Positions 20,193 to 31,086 are shown, counted from the first letter of the stretch. The stretch is DNA of 57,036 nucleotides from Patescibacteria group bacterium (GCA_038062075.1 JBBTXY010000008.1:1-57036); one strand, 5' to 3'. Notes: a model not told the origin generated them from the sequence alone. Numbers and translations: made by a program.

Positions 20193-20272
20193 ACTCGTGA
20201 TTCTCTATCCCCGTGTTTCCCTTGTTGGGACAATACGATCAGTATATAGTAGATACAACATTTGCAATATAC

Positions 20273-21988
20273 ATGTCCACATACGTCCTCGGTCTCAATT
20301 TCGCCTACCATGAACTGTCGGCATGTCTTTTAAAGGACGGAAAGCTCGTTGCCGCAGTCGAAGAAGAACGATTCTCCCGCATCAAGCGCGGCAAAAAGGC
20401 GTTGGTGGATAATCCCAACACCCTCCCGAAAGCTGCAATCGCTTTTTGCCTCGAAACGGCAGGCATTGCATTGAAGGATGTTGAGTACATCGGCCTATCG
20501 TTTTTCCCGGACGACCGTCTCAAAAATATCGGGTGCGACCAGTATTTTATCGAAGGCGATTGGGGCAGCGAAAAGGGCGAGCGGCTCTTTAATGAGAAGA
20601 TCAAACGAATCCCAAAAATGCTCAGCGACTTGGCGGGTACGGAAATGACGACCAGGGTCATGTGGATCCCGCATCACATCTGCCATGCAAGCAGTGCGTT
20701 TTTCGTCTCGCCGTTTAGAAAAGCCGCCGTCCTTTCGATTGATGGCATAGGAGAGTTTTCTTCCACCTGGCTCGGATGGGGCGACGGCACCGCATTGCAT
20801 GCCCTAAAAGAAATTTCATACCCAAATTCGGTCGGATTTCTCTGGGAAAAGATCAGTCAGTATCTCGGATTTACGGAGTACGATTCTTCAAAGGTGATGG
20901 GTCTCGCTGCCTACGGCGATGCCGCGCGTTTCTATCCGCAATTCCAAAAGATTGTGACACTCCTACCGGACGGAGAGTTTGCGCTCAAGGCCGATGTTTT
21001 GCGTTTTCGCGTCCGGGATTTCAGCGAGCTGGAGAAATTATTTGGCGTTTCCCGAATCGAATCGTCAGCCGACGTGCGTAAAGATCAGGAAGACATCGCG
21101 GCAGCACTCCAGAAAATTACGGATGACGTCATCATGCATATTGTGCAGCACTTAAAAAAGGTAACAAAAATGAACCATCTCTGCCTTGCGGGCGGCGTTG
21201 CCCTCAACTGCGTGTCAAATGCCAGAATTATGCAGAGTGGTCTTTTTAAAAAAATATTTGTACAGCCTGCGGCAAATGATGCTGGAACTGCGCTGGGTGC
21301 CGCACACCATATATGGAACGACCTCCTTGGCCATCCGAGAACGTATGTACTTAAGCATTCGTACTGGGGACCATCGTACACTAATGCCGATATTCAAAAG
21401 GCGCTCAAACAGGCGAATATTCAAAATATCCACTGTGTAAAGAACATCCACGAGGCTGTCGCACGGCAGCTCGCCGACGGCAATATCGTCGGCTGGTTCC
21501 AAGGCCGAGTCGAATGGGGGCCGCGTGCGCTCGGCAATAGATCGTTGCTTGCCGATCCGCGCAGAGCGGATATGAAAATGATCCTCAACGAGCGCATCAA
21601 GAAACGTGAATCATTCAGGCCGTTTGCACCGAGCATTCTTGCCGAGCATGCCTCCCAATGGTTCTCTGTCCCGAGAAAGTGCACATCGCGCTCGACGGAA
21701 TGCATGATCATCAATTTTGACGTAAAAAAAAGCAAGCGTGTCATAGTGCCGGCAATTACGCACGCAGACGGTACGGCGCGCGTACAGCTCGTGAATAAAA
21801 AAACAAACCCACGGTACCACAAGCTCATCTCTGCCTTCTATAAGCGCACCGGCGTCCCCCTGGTCTTGAATACGTCGTTTAACGACAACGAACCGATTGT
21901 CAACTCTCCAGAGGATGCGATTAAGACTTTTCTGCGCACAAAAATGGATGCCCTTGCGATCGGTAATTACCTTGTTACAAAACAATAA
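20273..21988 (+). CDS. Carbamoyltransferase (NodU/CmcH/TobZ family)
   Basis: EEERFSR, HHICHA, DGIGE, AGGVALN, GPRALGNRS, RPFAPS, LNTSFN. Confidence 0.94.
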   Translation: MSTYVLGLNFAYHELSACLLKDGKLVAAVEEERFSRIKRGKKALVDNPNTLPKAAIAFCLETAGIALKDVEYIGLSFFPDDRLKNIGCDQYFIEGDWGSEKGERLFNEKIKRIPKMLSDLAGTEMTTRVMWIPHHICHASSAFFVSPFRKAAVLSIDGIGEFSSTWLGWGDGTALHALKEISYPNSVGFLWEKISQYLGFTEYDSSKVMGLAAYGDAARFYPQFQKIVTLLPDGEFALKADVLRFRVRDFSELEKLFGVSRIESSADVRKDQEDIAAALQKITDDVIMHIVQHLKKVTKMNHLCLAGGVALNCVSNARIMQSGLFKKIFVQPAANDAGTALGAAHHIWNDLLGHPRTYVLKHSYWGPSYTNADIQKALKQANIQNIHCVKNIHEAVARQLADGNIVGWFQGRVEWGPRALGNRSLLADPRRADMKMILNERIKKRESFRPFAPSILAEHASQWFSVPRKCTSRSTECMIINFDVKKSKRVIVPAITHADGTARVQLVNKKTNPRYHKLISAFYKRTGVPLVLNTSFNDNEPIVNSPEDAIKTFLRTKMDALAIGNYLVTKQ

Positions 21989-22000
21989 ATCTCGCTCCCT

Positions 22001-22038
22001 GACCGCAGGGCGTTACTCGCTCTACGTCGCCAGTAAAA
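22001..22038 (-). repeat. Partial copy of the modular repeat at 40860/42434
   Basis: 22016-22038 is the reverse complement of 40860-40882; 22001-22014 is the reverse complement of 40983-40996. Confidence 0.8.
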
Positions 22039-22096
22039 ATGAGCTGCCCGCTCCGCGCTAGCCGCGCTGTGCGGCATACTCGTCACATGTCAGTAG

Positions 22097-22606
22097 CTAA
22101 AGGACAAAAATGCAAAGCGCCACGGCCGACACCCAAATGCCTCCCGGATTTTGGATGGATGCCGCTGATGCGGTTATGCGTTCGACATCAAGATCCTGTA
22201 TTGAGGCGTTGAATTTTGTCTCGTACATTTCCGTCGCAAGGCGCTGTGCAATTTCTTTCGCTGCATTAGGACCAGTGGCGTCTCCGTGATATTCGGAAAT
22301 ATATCCGATTTGCTCCTTACTCCTGGCAATCACCGTTCCGACCGCCGCGGAAGCATATTCTCCTTTTCGATCCGTGTCTTGTCGAGCCATGACACAAAAC
22401 GTTATCTGCCCAAGCGTGAGCATCGAAAACCCCTTGTCGGGCGAAACAATCTCGCAGCTTGCTGGAAGTATGCTCGAAACGGTAACCAAATTGTGTGCAA
22501 TTGGGCCCGCAGAAAGGAGCGCCTTCTCAAACGCATGCAGTCTATCCGTATGCCTCCCCGTTCCCGAGACAAAGAACGCATATTTTGGTACAAGAGGATT
22601 TGCCAT
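22097..22606 (-). CDS. Pyruvoyl-dependent arginine decarboxylase
   Basis: FEKALLSAG..NLVTVSSILP self-cleavage (S-S) motif, GYISEYH. Confidence 0.85.
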   Translation of the reverse strand: MANPLVPKYAFFVSGTGRHTDRLHAFEKALLSAGPIAHNLVTVSSILPASCEIVSPDKGFSMLTLGQITFCVMARQDTDRKGEYASAAVGTVIARSKEQIGYISEYHGDATGPNAAKEIAQRLATEMYETKFNASIQDLDVERITASAASIQNPGGIWVSAVALCIFVL

Positions 22607-22632
22607 TGTTGCTAAGTATAACAAAACTAGGC

Positions 22633-22667
22633 AAAAAATACCGTCGCGCCCAAGGAGGGCGCGACGG
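22633..22667 (-). terminator. Intrinsic terminator
   Basis: CCGTCGCGCCC/GGGCGCGACGG stem followed by a T-run on the minus strand. Confidence 0.75.
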
Positions 22668-22676
22668 CTGTCTTTG

Positions 22677-23282
22677 CTAGCGATTCTTGAGGTACAGTGG
22701 TGCTGTAATCAAGCCATTCAGGATCAGTATCCATACAGGTAGCAGAATGATCCAGAACGTAGACGTCTCCCAAGTGAGCGCGAAGATATTCGCAACACTC
22801 GCTAAAAAGCTTAGTGTCCATGCGAGCCGACTTTCTTTCGATGGTTCGACCCATGCCTTTTTAATTGTCGGCGTTGCCGCAAATGTCTCCATGAGAAGCC
22901 CGATCGTCAGTGGTAGTCCTGGCGAATCGTATTTCCACCACACGAGAGCTGCAAGGCCCGCACCCACAAGACAGATCAGATCAAGAATCGTGTGCCCTCC
23001 CTCTCCATGTTTAAGAGAGAGAAGTGCGACAGTCGAAAATCCGAATGCATACGCCATCGGAAGCCAGACCGTATCCGTAGCCCCCGTTTCCTTGTAGCTT
23101 ATGGCTATAAGTATGCCGATACCGGCTAATATGAGCCATGTTGCTCGGTTCGGTACCGTCCATTTTTCCTTGGGAAGTCTGCGAAATAAGTAGTCGCGAC
23201 CGTATATCGCAAGGATATATATCACGATATCTGCTAGCGCAAGTACTGCAGCTGTAATGCCCATCGCTTCGTTGAAGAACAT
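22677..23282 (-). CDS. Hypothetical multi-pass membrane protein (PNRATW..PTIKKAW motifs)
   Basis: Hydrophobic ORF; AAGGAGG 8 nt upstream of ATG 23282. Confidence 0.75.
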   Translation of the reverse strand: MFFNEAMGITAAVLALADIVIYILAIYGRDYLFRRLPKEKWTVPNRATWLILAGIGILIAISYKETGATDTVWLPMAYAFGFSTVALLSLKHGEGGHTILDLICLVGAGLAALVWWKYDSPGLPLTIGLLMETFAATPTIKKAWVEPSKESRLAWTLSFLASVANIFALTWETSTFWIILLPVWILILNGLITAPLYLKNR

Positions 23283-23389
23283 GAGCGCACCTCCTTGTAC
23301 TGCCTCCATGGCCGAAGCCATCTGTGCATACGGTATCATATTTTCAACAAAAAACTGAATGGGAATCAAAATGCTTAAAACTGGAGAAA

Positions 23390-23884
23390 CTATCCTCTCG
23401 CAAACGCAAGCGCGGCGTAGGCGCCGAGGAGCCAGAGGAGACGGTAGGATTCGGAGAAAAGCGCCGCGATGGAGTCGTTGAGATGCCAGAGGGCGTCAAG
23501 CGCGGGCACCTGCAGCCACACGACAATAATCACGATGGTGGCAGCCACGCCAGCAAGAAGCGCCTGGATGGGCTCTCCCGTCCCACTCTCGACGTACTCA
23601 AGCGCCATTCTGCGGACGATGAGATAGCTTGCAACGGACACTGCCCCAAATGTTGCTGCTTGGGCTGTAGGAGACGAAAACAGGACTTCAATACCACTCA
23701 AAATAACCGTCTTTTCGACAAAGGAGAAAAGGAAAGCTGCTATTGGGAGGGCAAGCGCAAGGGCGCAAGCGCGACCGATACCACTGCGCAGAGAATCAAG
23801 CGCAAAAAGCACCGCAAGCCCGCCGAGCGCGAGCCAATCGAATGGAATACCCGTGATAATCCCTGTCACCGCACTAAAATCCAT
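23390..23884 (-). CDS. Hypothetical membrane protein
   Basis: 164-aa hydrophobic ORF; TATACT 6 nt upstream. Confidence 0.75.
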   Translation of the reverse strand: MDFSAVTGIITGIPFDWLALGGLAVLFALDSLRSGIGRACALALALPIAAFLFSFVEKTVILSGIEVLFSSPTAQAATFGAVSVASYLIVRRMALEYVESGTGEPIQALLAGVAATIVIIVVWLQVPALDALWHLNDSIAALFSESYRLLWLLGAYAALAFARG

Positions 23885-23937
23885 TTAGACAGTATACATG
23901 ATTACAGCGCCAACCATTCGCTATCGAGATATCCTAT

Positions 23938-23979
23938 CGGGAGATCGTAACTCCCGATATCGGGAGTTACGATCTCCCG
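23938..23979. repeat. 42-bp perfect palindrome made of two inverted REP-like units (intergenic copy)
   Basis: CGGGAGATCGTAACTCCCGAT|ATCGGGAGTTACGATCTCCCG. Confidence 0.95.
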
Positions 23980-23999
23980 GTAGTTGACTTGCGGGATAT

Positions 24000-25073
24000 T
24001 TAGATACCTTCTTTGCGCAACTCTTCGATTGCGACACGTGCGGCTTTTGAAAGTTTCTTCGGAAATTCAATGTCAATGCGCACGAGAAGGTCGCCACGCG
24101 CGCCACGCCCATGCGGAACGCCTTTGCCACGCACACGCAGCATCTCCCCCTGCGTGATACCGGCGGGAACAGTGAGCGTTGTTTCCCCATCCAAGGTCTT
24201 GATGCGATATTCGCCACCAAGCAAGGCGTCGGAAAGTTTAATGGAGAGTGCGGTTACGAGATTGTTGCCTTCGCGCGTAAAGAGCTTGTCCGATTTGACG
24301 TGCACTTTAATGTAGAGGTCGCCGGATGCACCTCCTTGCAGAGCCTCGCCCCGGCCCGGCATGCGGATCATCTCGCCGTCCTCAATGCCGGCGGGGACCA
24401 CAATATGCACTTCTTCCTGTTTCTTCATGACGCCCTCGCCGCGGCACGCTGCGCACGGCTCCTTCGGCACCTCGCCCTTCCCTTTGCAGGTTGGGCACGC
24501 GCGCGCCGAGCTGAACGTGCCAAAAAAGGTGTTGCGTGATTCGCGGATTTGCCCCTTCCCGTTGCAGGCAGTACAGCTAGTCATCGCCGTTCCATTCTTT
24601 GCGCCCATTCCTTCGCAGACATCACAAACCCCAAGTTTGGAAATAAGGACGCGTCGCTCAGCGCCAAAAATGGCGTCACGGAACGGAAGCTCGATATCCA
24701 TGGAGATGTCGCGCCCGCGGCGCGCGCGACTACCTCCACCCCCGAAGAAATCGCCGAAAATGTCGCCGAGGTCGAATTCGACTCCTTGGCCTCCCTGGAA
24801 TCCTTCGAAGCCTGCAAAGTTAGAGAAATCAAAACCGCCAAATCCCGCCCCCTGCTGGGCGCCGCCGGCGAACGTCTGGCCGAACTGATCATATTGCGCA
24901 CGTTTTTTCTCGTCGGAGAGCACGGCATACGCTTCGCTCACCTCTTTGAATTTCGCCTCGTCGCCTCCTTTCTTGTCAGGATGATATTTGTGCGCGAGTG
25001 AGCGGAACGCTTTCTTGATGTCTTCTCCGCTCGCTGACTTCGAGACACCGAGGATAGAATAGTAATCTCTCAT
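24000..25073 (-). CDS. dnaJ: Chaperone DnaJ
   Basis: HPD motif, G/F region, four CxxCxGxG repeats. Confidence 0.97.
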   Translation of the reverse strand: MRDYYSILGVSKSASGEDIKKAFRSLAHKYHPDKKGGDEAKFKEVSEAYAVLSDEKKRAQYDQFGQTFAGGAQQGAGFGGFDFSNFAGFEGFQGGQGVEFDLGDIFGDFFGGGGSRARRGRDISMDIELPFRDAIFGAERRVLISKLGVCDVCEGMGAKNGTAMTSCTACNGKGQIRESRNTFFGTFSSARACPTCKGKGEVPKEPCAACRGEGVMKKQEEVHIVVPAGIEDGEMIRMPGRGEALQGGASGDLYIKVHVKSDKLFTREGNNLVTALSIKLSDALLGGEYRIKTLDGETTLTVPAGITQGEMLRVRGKGVPHGRGARGDLLVRIDIEFPKKLSKAARVAIEELRKEGI

Positions 25074-25121
25074 ACGAAGCATTATAGTCGCTCACTGAAA
25101 CACTGCAAATGGTGATGTCTA

Positions 25122-26984
25122 CTATGTTCCTTTTTGACTATCTTCCGGGCCCTGTTGCGGCGGTTTTTGGTCGCCCTGCTGTTGGTTTTTCTGCATCGCT
25201 TCCCCAATCGAGCTTAAGGCGCTCGAGAGCGCATCAGCGGCGCTCTTTAGTGCATTCACATCAGTGCCACTCCGCGCCGTCTTTAAGGCGTCGATCTTCT
25301 CTTGCACGTTCTTGCGGATATCCTCACCCACTTTATCGCCATGCTCTTTCAGCGCTTTCTCCGCAGCATACACAAGCTGATCAGCGGCGTTCTGCGCCTC
25401 GGTAAGTTCTCTTTTCTTTTTGTCGGCTTCGGCATTCGCTTCGGCATCAGCGCGCATTTTCTCTATCTCCGCTTCGGTAAGGCCCGAGCGCTGTTCGATG
25501 CGAATAGACTGCTCCTTGCCGCTTGTCTTATCTTTTGCTTTCACAGACAGAATACCGTTCGCATCAATATCGAAAGTGACTTCGATCTGCGGAAGCCCAC
25601 GTGGCGCAGGCGGAATACCATCGAGGTTGAAGCGGCCGAGCGACTTGTTGTCCGCCGCCATGGGGCGCTCGCCCTGGACGACATGGATCTCCACCGACGG
25701 CTGGTTATCGGCCGCGGTCGAGAAAACCTGCGACTTTGAAGTCGGGATAGTGGTGTTGCGTTCGATCAATTTCGTCGCAACGCCGCCGAGAGTCTCGATG
25801 CCGAGGGAAAGCGGGATGACATCGAGAAGCAGCACATCCTTCACATCGCCTTGGAGAATGCCGCCCTGTATCGCCGCGCCCATCGCGACGACCTCATCCG
25901 GATTCACGCCCATGTGCGGCTTCTTATTGAAGAATTTTTCGACAGCTTGCTGCAAAGCCGGCATGCGCGTCTGCCCGCCAACTAAAATGACCTCATTGAT
26001 GTCCGGATTCTTAAAAGGAGAAGCTTCCATCGCGCGTTTCGTGATGTCCATGGCTCGAGCGATGAATTCTTCGGAGAGCTCTTCCAGCTTCGCGCGGGTC
26101 ATCTTGATGAGAAGGTGCCGTGGGCCGGAAGCGTCGGACGTGATGAACGGAATGTTCACTTCAGTTTCCACCGCCGTGGAGAGCTCGATCTTCGCTTTCT
26201 CCGCACCCTCATCGAGGCGCTGGCGTGCCAAGGGGTCGTTGCGCACGTCGATGCCACTCTCCTTCTTGAACTCCTCCGCAAGCCAGTTGATGATTGTCTG
26301 GTCGATGTCTTTCCCGCCCAAATGTGCATCGCCATCGGTGGAGCGCACTTCGATAACATCATCTCCCACTTCAAGAACGGAGATGTCAAAGGTTCCCCCA
26401 CCAAAGTCAAACACGACGATCTTTTCGTTCTTTTTCTTGTTGAAACCGTAAGCCAGGGCCGCCGCAGTCGGTTCGTTGATGATGCGCTTCACGTCGAGGC
26501 CCGCAATTTTTCCCGCGTCTTTCGTCGCTGCGCGTTGCGCGTCATTGAAGTAGGCTGGGACAGTGATGACCGCCTCCGTGATGGTCTCGCCCAATTTCGC
26601 TTCTGCATCTCGCTTTAGTTTTTGCAATATCATCGCCGAGATCTCCTCCGGTGTGTGCCATTTGTCGCCCATCTGGACCTCGATGCCGCTGTTTGAGGAC
26701 TTACGGAGCTCGAATGGGACCACGGCTTTATCTTTCTGCACACCCGGCTCGTCAAACGTATGGCCGATGAAGCGTTTTATCTGATAGACCGTGTTCTTGG
26801 GATTCGTGACCGCCTGACGTCTCGCAAGAAGGCCGACCAAACGCTCGTTGGTTTTTGAAAGCGCAACGACGGAAGGCGTCGTGCGCGCGCCCTCGGCGTT
26901 CTCCAAAATCATCGGTTCCCCACCAGAAACGATGGCCATTGCTGAATTTGTTGTTCCCAAGTCGATGCCTAGAATTTTTGCCAT
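25122..26984 (-). CDS. dnaK: Chaperone DnaK
   Basis: [25 protein letters not shown]. Confidence 0.98.
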   Translation of the reverse strand: MAKILGIDLGTTNSAMAIVSGGEPMILENAEGARTTPSVVALSKTNERLVGLLARRQAVTNPKNTVYQIKRFIGHTFDEPGVQKDKAVVPFELRKSSNSGIEVQMGDKWHTPEEISAMILQKLKRDAEAKLGETITEAVITVPAYFNDAQRAATKDAGKIAGLDVKRIINEPTAAALAYGFNKKKNEKIVVFDFGGGTFDISVLEVGDDVIEVRSTDGDAHLGGKDIDQTIINWLAEEFKKESGIDVRNDPLARQRLDEGAEKAKIELSTAVETEVNIPFITSDASGPRHLLIKMTRAKLEELSEEFIARAMDITKRAMEASPFKNPDINEVILVGGQTRMPALQQAVEKFFNKKPHMGVNPDEVVAMGAAIQGGILQGDVKDVLLLDVIPLSLGIETLGGVATKLIERNTTIPTSKSQVFSTAADNQPSVEIHVVQGERPMAADNKSLGRFNLDGIPPAPRGLPQIEVTFDIDANGILSVKAKDKTSGKEQSIRIEQRSGLTEAEIEKMRADAEANAEADKKKRELTEAQNAADQLVYAAEKALKEHGDKVGEDIRKNVQEKIDALKTARSGTDVNALKSAADALSSALSSIGEAMQKNQQQGDQKPPQQGPEDSQKGT

Positions 26985-27067
26985 AGAAGTGTTTTTGAGT
27001 TACGCTGGTAACTTTTTCGAGCGCAAATATACCTACTTACGATACGTCTGTCAAGTTTTTGGCATCT

Positions 27068-27607
27068 TTATTTGAAAATCGCAATCTGCGCGGGACGCAG
27101 GATGCGCTCTTTCGTCCGATAGCCGCGCCGAAACACCTTTGCAATAGTGTGCGGAGTGCCATTGTCGACCTCTTGAATGGCCTCATGTAGGTTCGGGTCG
27201 AACATATCGCCTTCTTTACCAAAAATCTCAACACCATGCGCCTTCAAAACACCCTCGATGTGGGCTTTGATGCTCTCAATACCCGCCCGCCATGTCGCGT
27301 CAACCGTATTCCAGCTCTCTCCCTCCATTGCGAGATCAAATCCATCCAAAGCGGGAATCAGCTCTTCAACAAGGATCTCCTTCCCGCGTGTTCCGGCACG
27401 CGATAATGATTCCTGCACTTCTCTTTTCGCGTTCACCATGTCGGCTTTCGCTCGCTGCCAACCATCAAGATATTCCTGTCGGTCTTTCTTCACTTCTTCG
27501 AGTTCGTCTTTCAGTTTTTTGAGCTTGGCTTTCAATGCGCCAATATCTCCTAGTTCTTCTTCGGGCTCGAAGTCGATATCTTCGTTATCCGATGGAGTAG
27601 AGATCAT
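27068..27607 (-). CDS. grpE: Nucleotide exchange factor GrpE
   Basis: WQRAKAD, FDPNLHEAI, GY..ILRPA. Confidence 0.95.
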   Translation of the reverse strand: MISTPSDNEDIDFEPEEELGDIGALKAKLKKLKDELEEVKKDRQEYLDGWQRAKADMVNAKREVQESLSRAGTRGKEILVEELIPALDGFDLAMEGESWNTVDATWRAGIESIKAHIEGVLKAHGVEIFGKEGDMFDPNLHEAIQEVDNGTPHTIAKVFRRGYRTKERILRPAQIAIFK

Positions 27608-27632
27608 GGCGAGAGTATAGCATTTTCGATCA

Positions 27633-27664
27633 CAAAAAGAGAAGAGTCGCTTTCGCGACTCTTC
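27633..27664 (-). terminator. Intrinsic terminator closing the ribosomal protein operon
   Basis: GAAGAGTCGC-GAAA-GCGACTCTTC-TCTTTTT on the minus strand. Confidence 0.8.
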
Positions 27665-27691
27665 AAGAGATCACCGGATTATGACCACCGT

Positions 27692-27955
27692 TCATATCTT
27701 CTTAGCTTCACTATACGCATCGTACCCCATCCCTGCGGAGAAAAGTAAAAAACCGAAGAATGCTATAGCCTTGCCGATTGGCGTTGCACCCGTAACGAGC
27801 ATAGATGCCCCAATATCGACAAAGGTCAAAATTAAGCCATTCAACGACCAGAGCAGCAGAAATACACCGAGAACTATCCGTCTCTTGATCAAGAGATAGC
27901 CGAGGCCAGGAATGATGACATTGGATACACCCGCAACGATTGGATGGATCTTCAT
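27692..27955 (-). CDS. Small membrane protein
   Basis: 87 aa, IIPGLGYL motif, follows rpsI. Confidence 0.65.
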   Translation of the reverse strand: MKIHPIVAGVSNVIIPGLGYLLIKRRIVLGVFLLLWSLNGLILTFVDIGASMLVTGATPIGKAIAFFGFLLFSAGMGYDAYSEAKKI

Positions 27956-27963
27956 ATTTTCCT

Positions 27964-28356
27964 CTATCGCTTACTCCATTGAGGGGCACGTCGCGCCGCT
28001 TTGAGGCCGAATTTCTTGCGCTCTTTGGCGCGCGGGTCGCGCTTCAAATAGCCTTTTACTTTCAAGTCTTTGCGGAGTGCTGCATCCATTTCGGTAAGCG
28101 CGCGGGAGATGCCGTGGCGCACGGCTTCTGCTTGCGCTTTGTGACCGCCGCCTTTCACGATAGCCGTTACGGTGTAGGCGCCGCCGACGGTCTTAAATGG
28201 CGCGTTCACAGTATCAACCATGACGGGAAGCGGAAAGTAATCCGACGCGTTCTTGTCGTTCACCATGATAGAAGTCGATTTTGCAGAAGCGAGGCGCACG
28301 CGTGCTGATGCCGTCTTCCGGCGCCCGACTGCTTCAATGTATTTCTTTTCGGCCAT
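27964..28356 (-). CDS. rpsI: 30S ribosomal protein S9
   Basis: GRRKTA, GGGHKAQ, ERKKFGL..PQWSKR. Confidence 0.97.
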   Translation of the reverse strand: MAEKKYIEAVGRRKTASARVRLASAKSTSIMVNDKNASDYFPLPVMVDTVNAPFKTVGGAYTVTAIVKGGGHKAQAEAVRHGISRALTEMDAALRKDLKVKGYLKRDPRAKERKKFGLKAARRAPQWSKR

Positions 28357-28403
28357 ATGAATAGTTAGTTAGCCACTAGCGACTAGGGTTTAGGAAGATG
28401 CAT

Positions 28404-28766
28404 TTACTCAGTAACTATTAAACGCTTGAGACGTGCGGTTTTCATCGTGTTGCGCGGAAGCATGCGCTCGACTGCCTTGCGCACTGCGGCACTTGCGCCG
28501 CGGCGGCCGATGAGTGATGCGAGCGTCTCTTTCTTCAAACCTCCCGGATGGCCCGAATAGTGCGTGTAAACCTTACTAAGGCGCTTTTTCTCGCTGATGC
28601 GCATCTTCTTGGCATTCGTGACGCTAACCTTCACCTGCGAAGGAATATGCGGCGTGTAATCGGGAGAAGTCTTCCCCATGAGCGCTCTCGCGACTTCCGA
28701 CGCGACGCGGCCGATGGTTTTGCCAGCGGCATCGATCGTGTAGGTTGTTTCTTTTGTGTGAGCCAT
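28404..28766 (-). CDS. rplM: 50S ribosomal protein L13
   Basis: IDAAGKTIGRVAS, HYSGHPGGLK, AVERMLP. Confidence 0.95.
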   Translation of the reverse strand: MAHTKETTYTIDAAGKTIGRVASEVARALMGKTSPDYTPHIPSQVKVSVTNAKKMRISEKKRLSKVYTHYSGHPGGLKKETLASLIGRRGASAAVRKAVERMLPRNTMKTARLKRLIVTE

Positions 28767-28768
28767 AG

Positions 28769-29122
28769 CTATGCGACAAATTCTATCCGTGCCATTTCGG
28801 CGATACGCTTCCCTATGCGACCGAGGCGCACGATGCGCGTGTAGCCGCCCGCACGTGCTGCATAGCGCGGCGCTAAGGTATCATGCAACTTCTTTACCGC
28901 TTCCGACGAGCGCAGGCGCGACGCGACAATGCGACGGCTCGCAAGGGAACCCTTCTTCGCTTCAGTGACGAGGCCCTCCGCAAAAGGACGCAGTTCCTTC
29001 GCCTTCGCGACGGTAGTCGTAATAGCATCTGCAAGCACCAAGGAACGAGCAAGGGAGCGCAGAAGGGCCTCGCGCTGCGCTTTTGGTCTATTCAGTGTCC
29101 GTCGTTTCTTGTGATGCCGCAT
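28769..29122 (-). CDS. rplQ: 50S ribosomal protein L17
   Basis: MRH, ITTTVAKAKELR, GGYTRI. Confidence 0.96.
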   Translation of the reverse strand: MRHHKKRRTLNRPKAQREALLRSLARSLVLADAITTTVAKAKELRPFAEGLVTEAKKGSLASRRIVASRLRSSEAVKKLHDTLAPRYAARAGGYTRIVRLGRIGKRIAEMARIEFVA

Positions 29123-29172
29123 AAACTAGGTGTTAGGTTCTAGGGACTAGGTTCTAGAAAAAATAAAATACA

Positions 29173-30141
29173 TTATTGGGTACGAAGGGTGAGACCGAGA
29201 TTCGAGAGAGCGCGCTTGATATCTTGCAAGCCTTTTTGGCCCAAGCCCTCGATAGCAAGAAGGTCATCTTCGCGCTTCCTCACGAGGCCGCCGACAGTGC
29301 GAATGGAAGCGTTATCAAGCGCCTGCTCGACACGCTGGGGCAGATTCAGTTCTGAAATGCGCGTCTTCAAGACTTCCGCATCAGCGGTTCTTTCTTCCCG
29401 CCGCGCACCCACTCCTGCCTCTTCGGCAGCGGCTTCCTCGATAACTTCCTCTTCCTTAAAGCCGACGATCGCGCGCAGCTGGTGGATCATCGTCTCGATG
29501 GATCTTTCCAGCGCTTCGCGCGCGGTGATGGTACCGTCCGTCTCAATAAGCATGCGCAGGCGATTGAAGTCGGTGCGGTCACCGACACGCATATTCTCGA
29601 CTTCGTAGTTCACGCGGCGAATGGGGCTGAAAATGGCATCAAGCGCGATCGTGCCGATGTCCACACGCTCCTTTTGATGCACTTCTTTCGGCACATAGCC
29701 GAGCCCGCGCTCCGCGCGGACCTCCATCTCCAATGTGACCTTCCCTGTCACCTCCGCGATGTGCTGCTCGGGGTTCAATATTTCTACTTGGCCGGGTAGA
29801 TCGAAATCGGCGGCCGTTATGGTCTTCGGGCCTTTGACGGAGAGCCTTAAGGTCTGCGGCTCGTCGGTCGTGAGCTTAAGGCGCATCTTGCGCACATTGA
29901 GAAGCAGCGTCACGATATCTTCTTTGACGCCCTCGATGGTCGAGAATTCGTGCGCGACGCCCGGGATCTTCACCGAGGTTACTGCCGCGCCGGGAAGCGA
30001 AGAGAGAATGATACGGCGCAAGGAATTCCCCAATGTATAGCCGTAGCCCGGGTAAAGTCCATCGATCTCATACACACCGCTGCGCTCCGATTCGGAGACG
30101 ACACGCGGTTTAGAAGGCAGTGCAATATGGTAATCCAACAT
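29173..30141 (-). CDS. rpoA: RNA polymerase alpha subunit
   Basis: GYGYTLGNSLRRIILSSLPG, HEFSTIEGVKED, alpha-CTD. Confidence 0.97.
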   Translation of the reverse strand: MLDYHIALPSKPRVVSESERSGVYEIDGLYPGYGYTLGNSLRRIILSSLPGAAVTSVKIPGVAHEFSTIEGVKEDIVTLLLNVRKMRLKLTTDEPQTLRLSVKGPKTITAADFDLPGQVEILNPEQHIAEVTGKVTLEMEVRAERGLGYVPKEVHQKERVDIGTIALDAIFSPIRRVNYEVENMRVGDRTDFNRLRMLIETDGTITAREALERSIETMIHQLRAIVGFKEEEVIEEAAAEEAGVGARREERTADAEVLKTRISELNLPQRVEQALDNASIRTVGGLVRKREDDLLAIEGLGQKGLQDIKRALSNLGLTLRTQ

Positions 30142-30179
30142 ATTAAAAAATGGCGCGAGGTGAATAAGCGCTTATAAAT

Positions 30180-30208
30180 AATATACCCCAAACACTAAAA
30201 AGTGGCAA
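30180..30208 (-). promoter_or_regulatory. Sigma70-type internal promoter for rpoA
   Basis: TTGCCA-N17-TATATT. Confidence 0.6.
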
Positions 30209-30292
30209 GGGTTAGACTGGTAATATTCGGCTGCATGACGTCGATGGCACAAGTGCATAGTAAGCTGGAAAGACTTTAGTGATGGGCAGGCA

Positions 30293-30898
30293 CTAACGCG
30301 AATAAAACTCAAATACTGCCGGATAATCGAGGGGGATCTCTGCAGGCGTATAGGTCGGCTCGCCTTCTATCTTCACCATCATGGTCGGTAGGTCGACGGA
30401 GAGCCATGAGGGAATGGAGCGTGAGGCACTCTCGGGATTCCCCAAGTGAGAGAACAGGGGGCTTTTTCGACTTCCTTCGCGCACCGAGATCGAGTCGCCC
30501 TTCTTAAGGCGCATGGAAGGCGTCGTCACGCGCGTGCCATTCACGACTAAGTGGCCGTGGGATGCCATCTGCCTGGCGGCGCGGCGTGTAAGCGCCAAGC
30601 CTGCACGATACGCGACACTATCGAGACGCATCTCGAGCGCGTGATGCAAACTCTCCGGCGGGTTCGCCGTCTCGAACGCGGCTTCCGCGTAATTGGCAAG
30701 CTGGCGCTCCGGAAGGCCGTAGGTAAAGCGTACTTTCTGCTTTTCCAAAAGTTGCCGGCCGAAATCCGATTTCCCGCGACCGCCACGCGTCTTTTTCGTA
30801 CGCGCCTCGGAGAGCGCGAATTTCTGCGTCTGCGTCTGCTCGAAAATAGCAGCACCTAAACGCTTCGCGATCTTGTATTTTGATTTGATGGGCAGCAT
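30293..30898 (-). CDS. rpsD: 30S ribosomal protein S4
   Basis: QLLEKQK, LEMRLD, ARQMASHGH, EFYSR. Confidence 0.96.
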   Translation of the reverse strand: MLPIKSKYKIAKRLGAAIFEQTQTQKFALSEARTKKTRGGRGKSDFGRQLLEKQKVRFTYGLPERQLANYAEAAFETANPPESLHHALEMRLDSVAYRAGLALTRRAARQMASHGHLVVNGTRVTTPSMRLKKGDSISVREGSRKSPLFSHLGNPESASRSIPSWLSVDLPTMMVKIEGEPTYTPAEIPLDYPAVFEFYSR

Positions 30899-31086
30899 AT
30901 TAGATTTTGTTAGCGAGCGCAGCGAGCTTAGAAAATCTTATACCCGCCCATCCGCCATCTTGTAAATGACGGTCTACATTTAGGTTTGACACGGTGATTT
31001 TTGTAAAGAAGTTGATCATATTTGTTGCAAGTGGCGGATAGGCGGGTGATGAAAATTATTGTCGCTTCGCTCTGTAATTTTCCATC
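30899..31086. repeat. Three-part structured element, copy A (rpsK-rpsD gap)
   Basis: Hairpin with GAGCGCAGCGA; inner IR 30942-30957/31032-31047; hairpin with TCGCTTCGCTC. Confidence 0.85.

Noticed and set aside
25420-26451. Long antisense ORFs (for example 25420-26451, 34234-35253, 46354-47385, 55133-56041)
   Set aside because: Shadow or alternative-frame ORFs overlapping well-supported genes in GC-rich DNA, with no recognisable motifs.
26985-27690. hrcA gene or CIRCE element at grpE-dnaK-dnaJ
   Set aside because: No TTAGCACTC-N9-GAGTGCTAA and no hrcA ORF seen.
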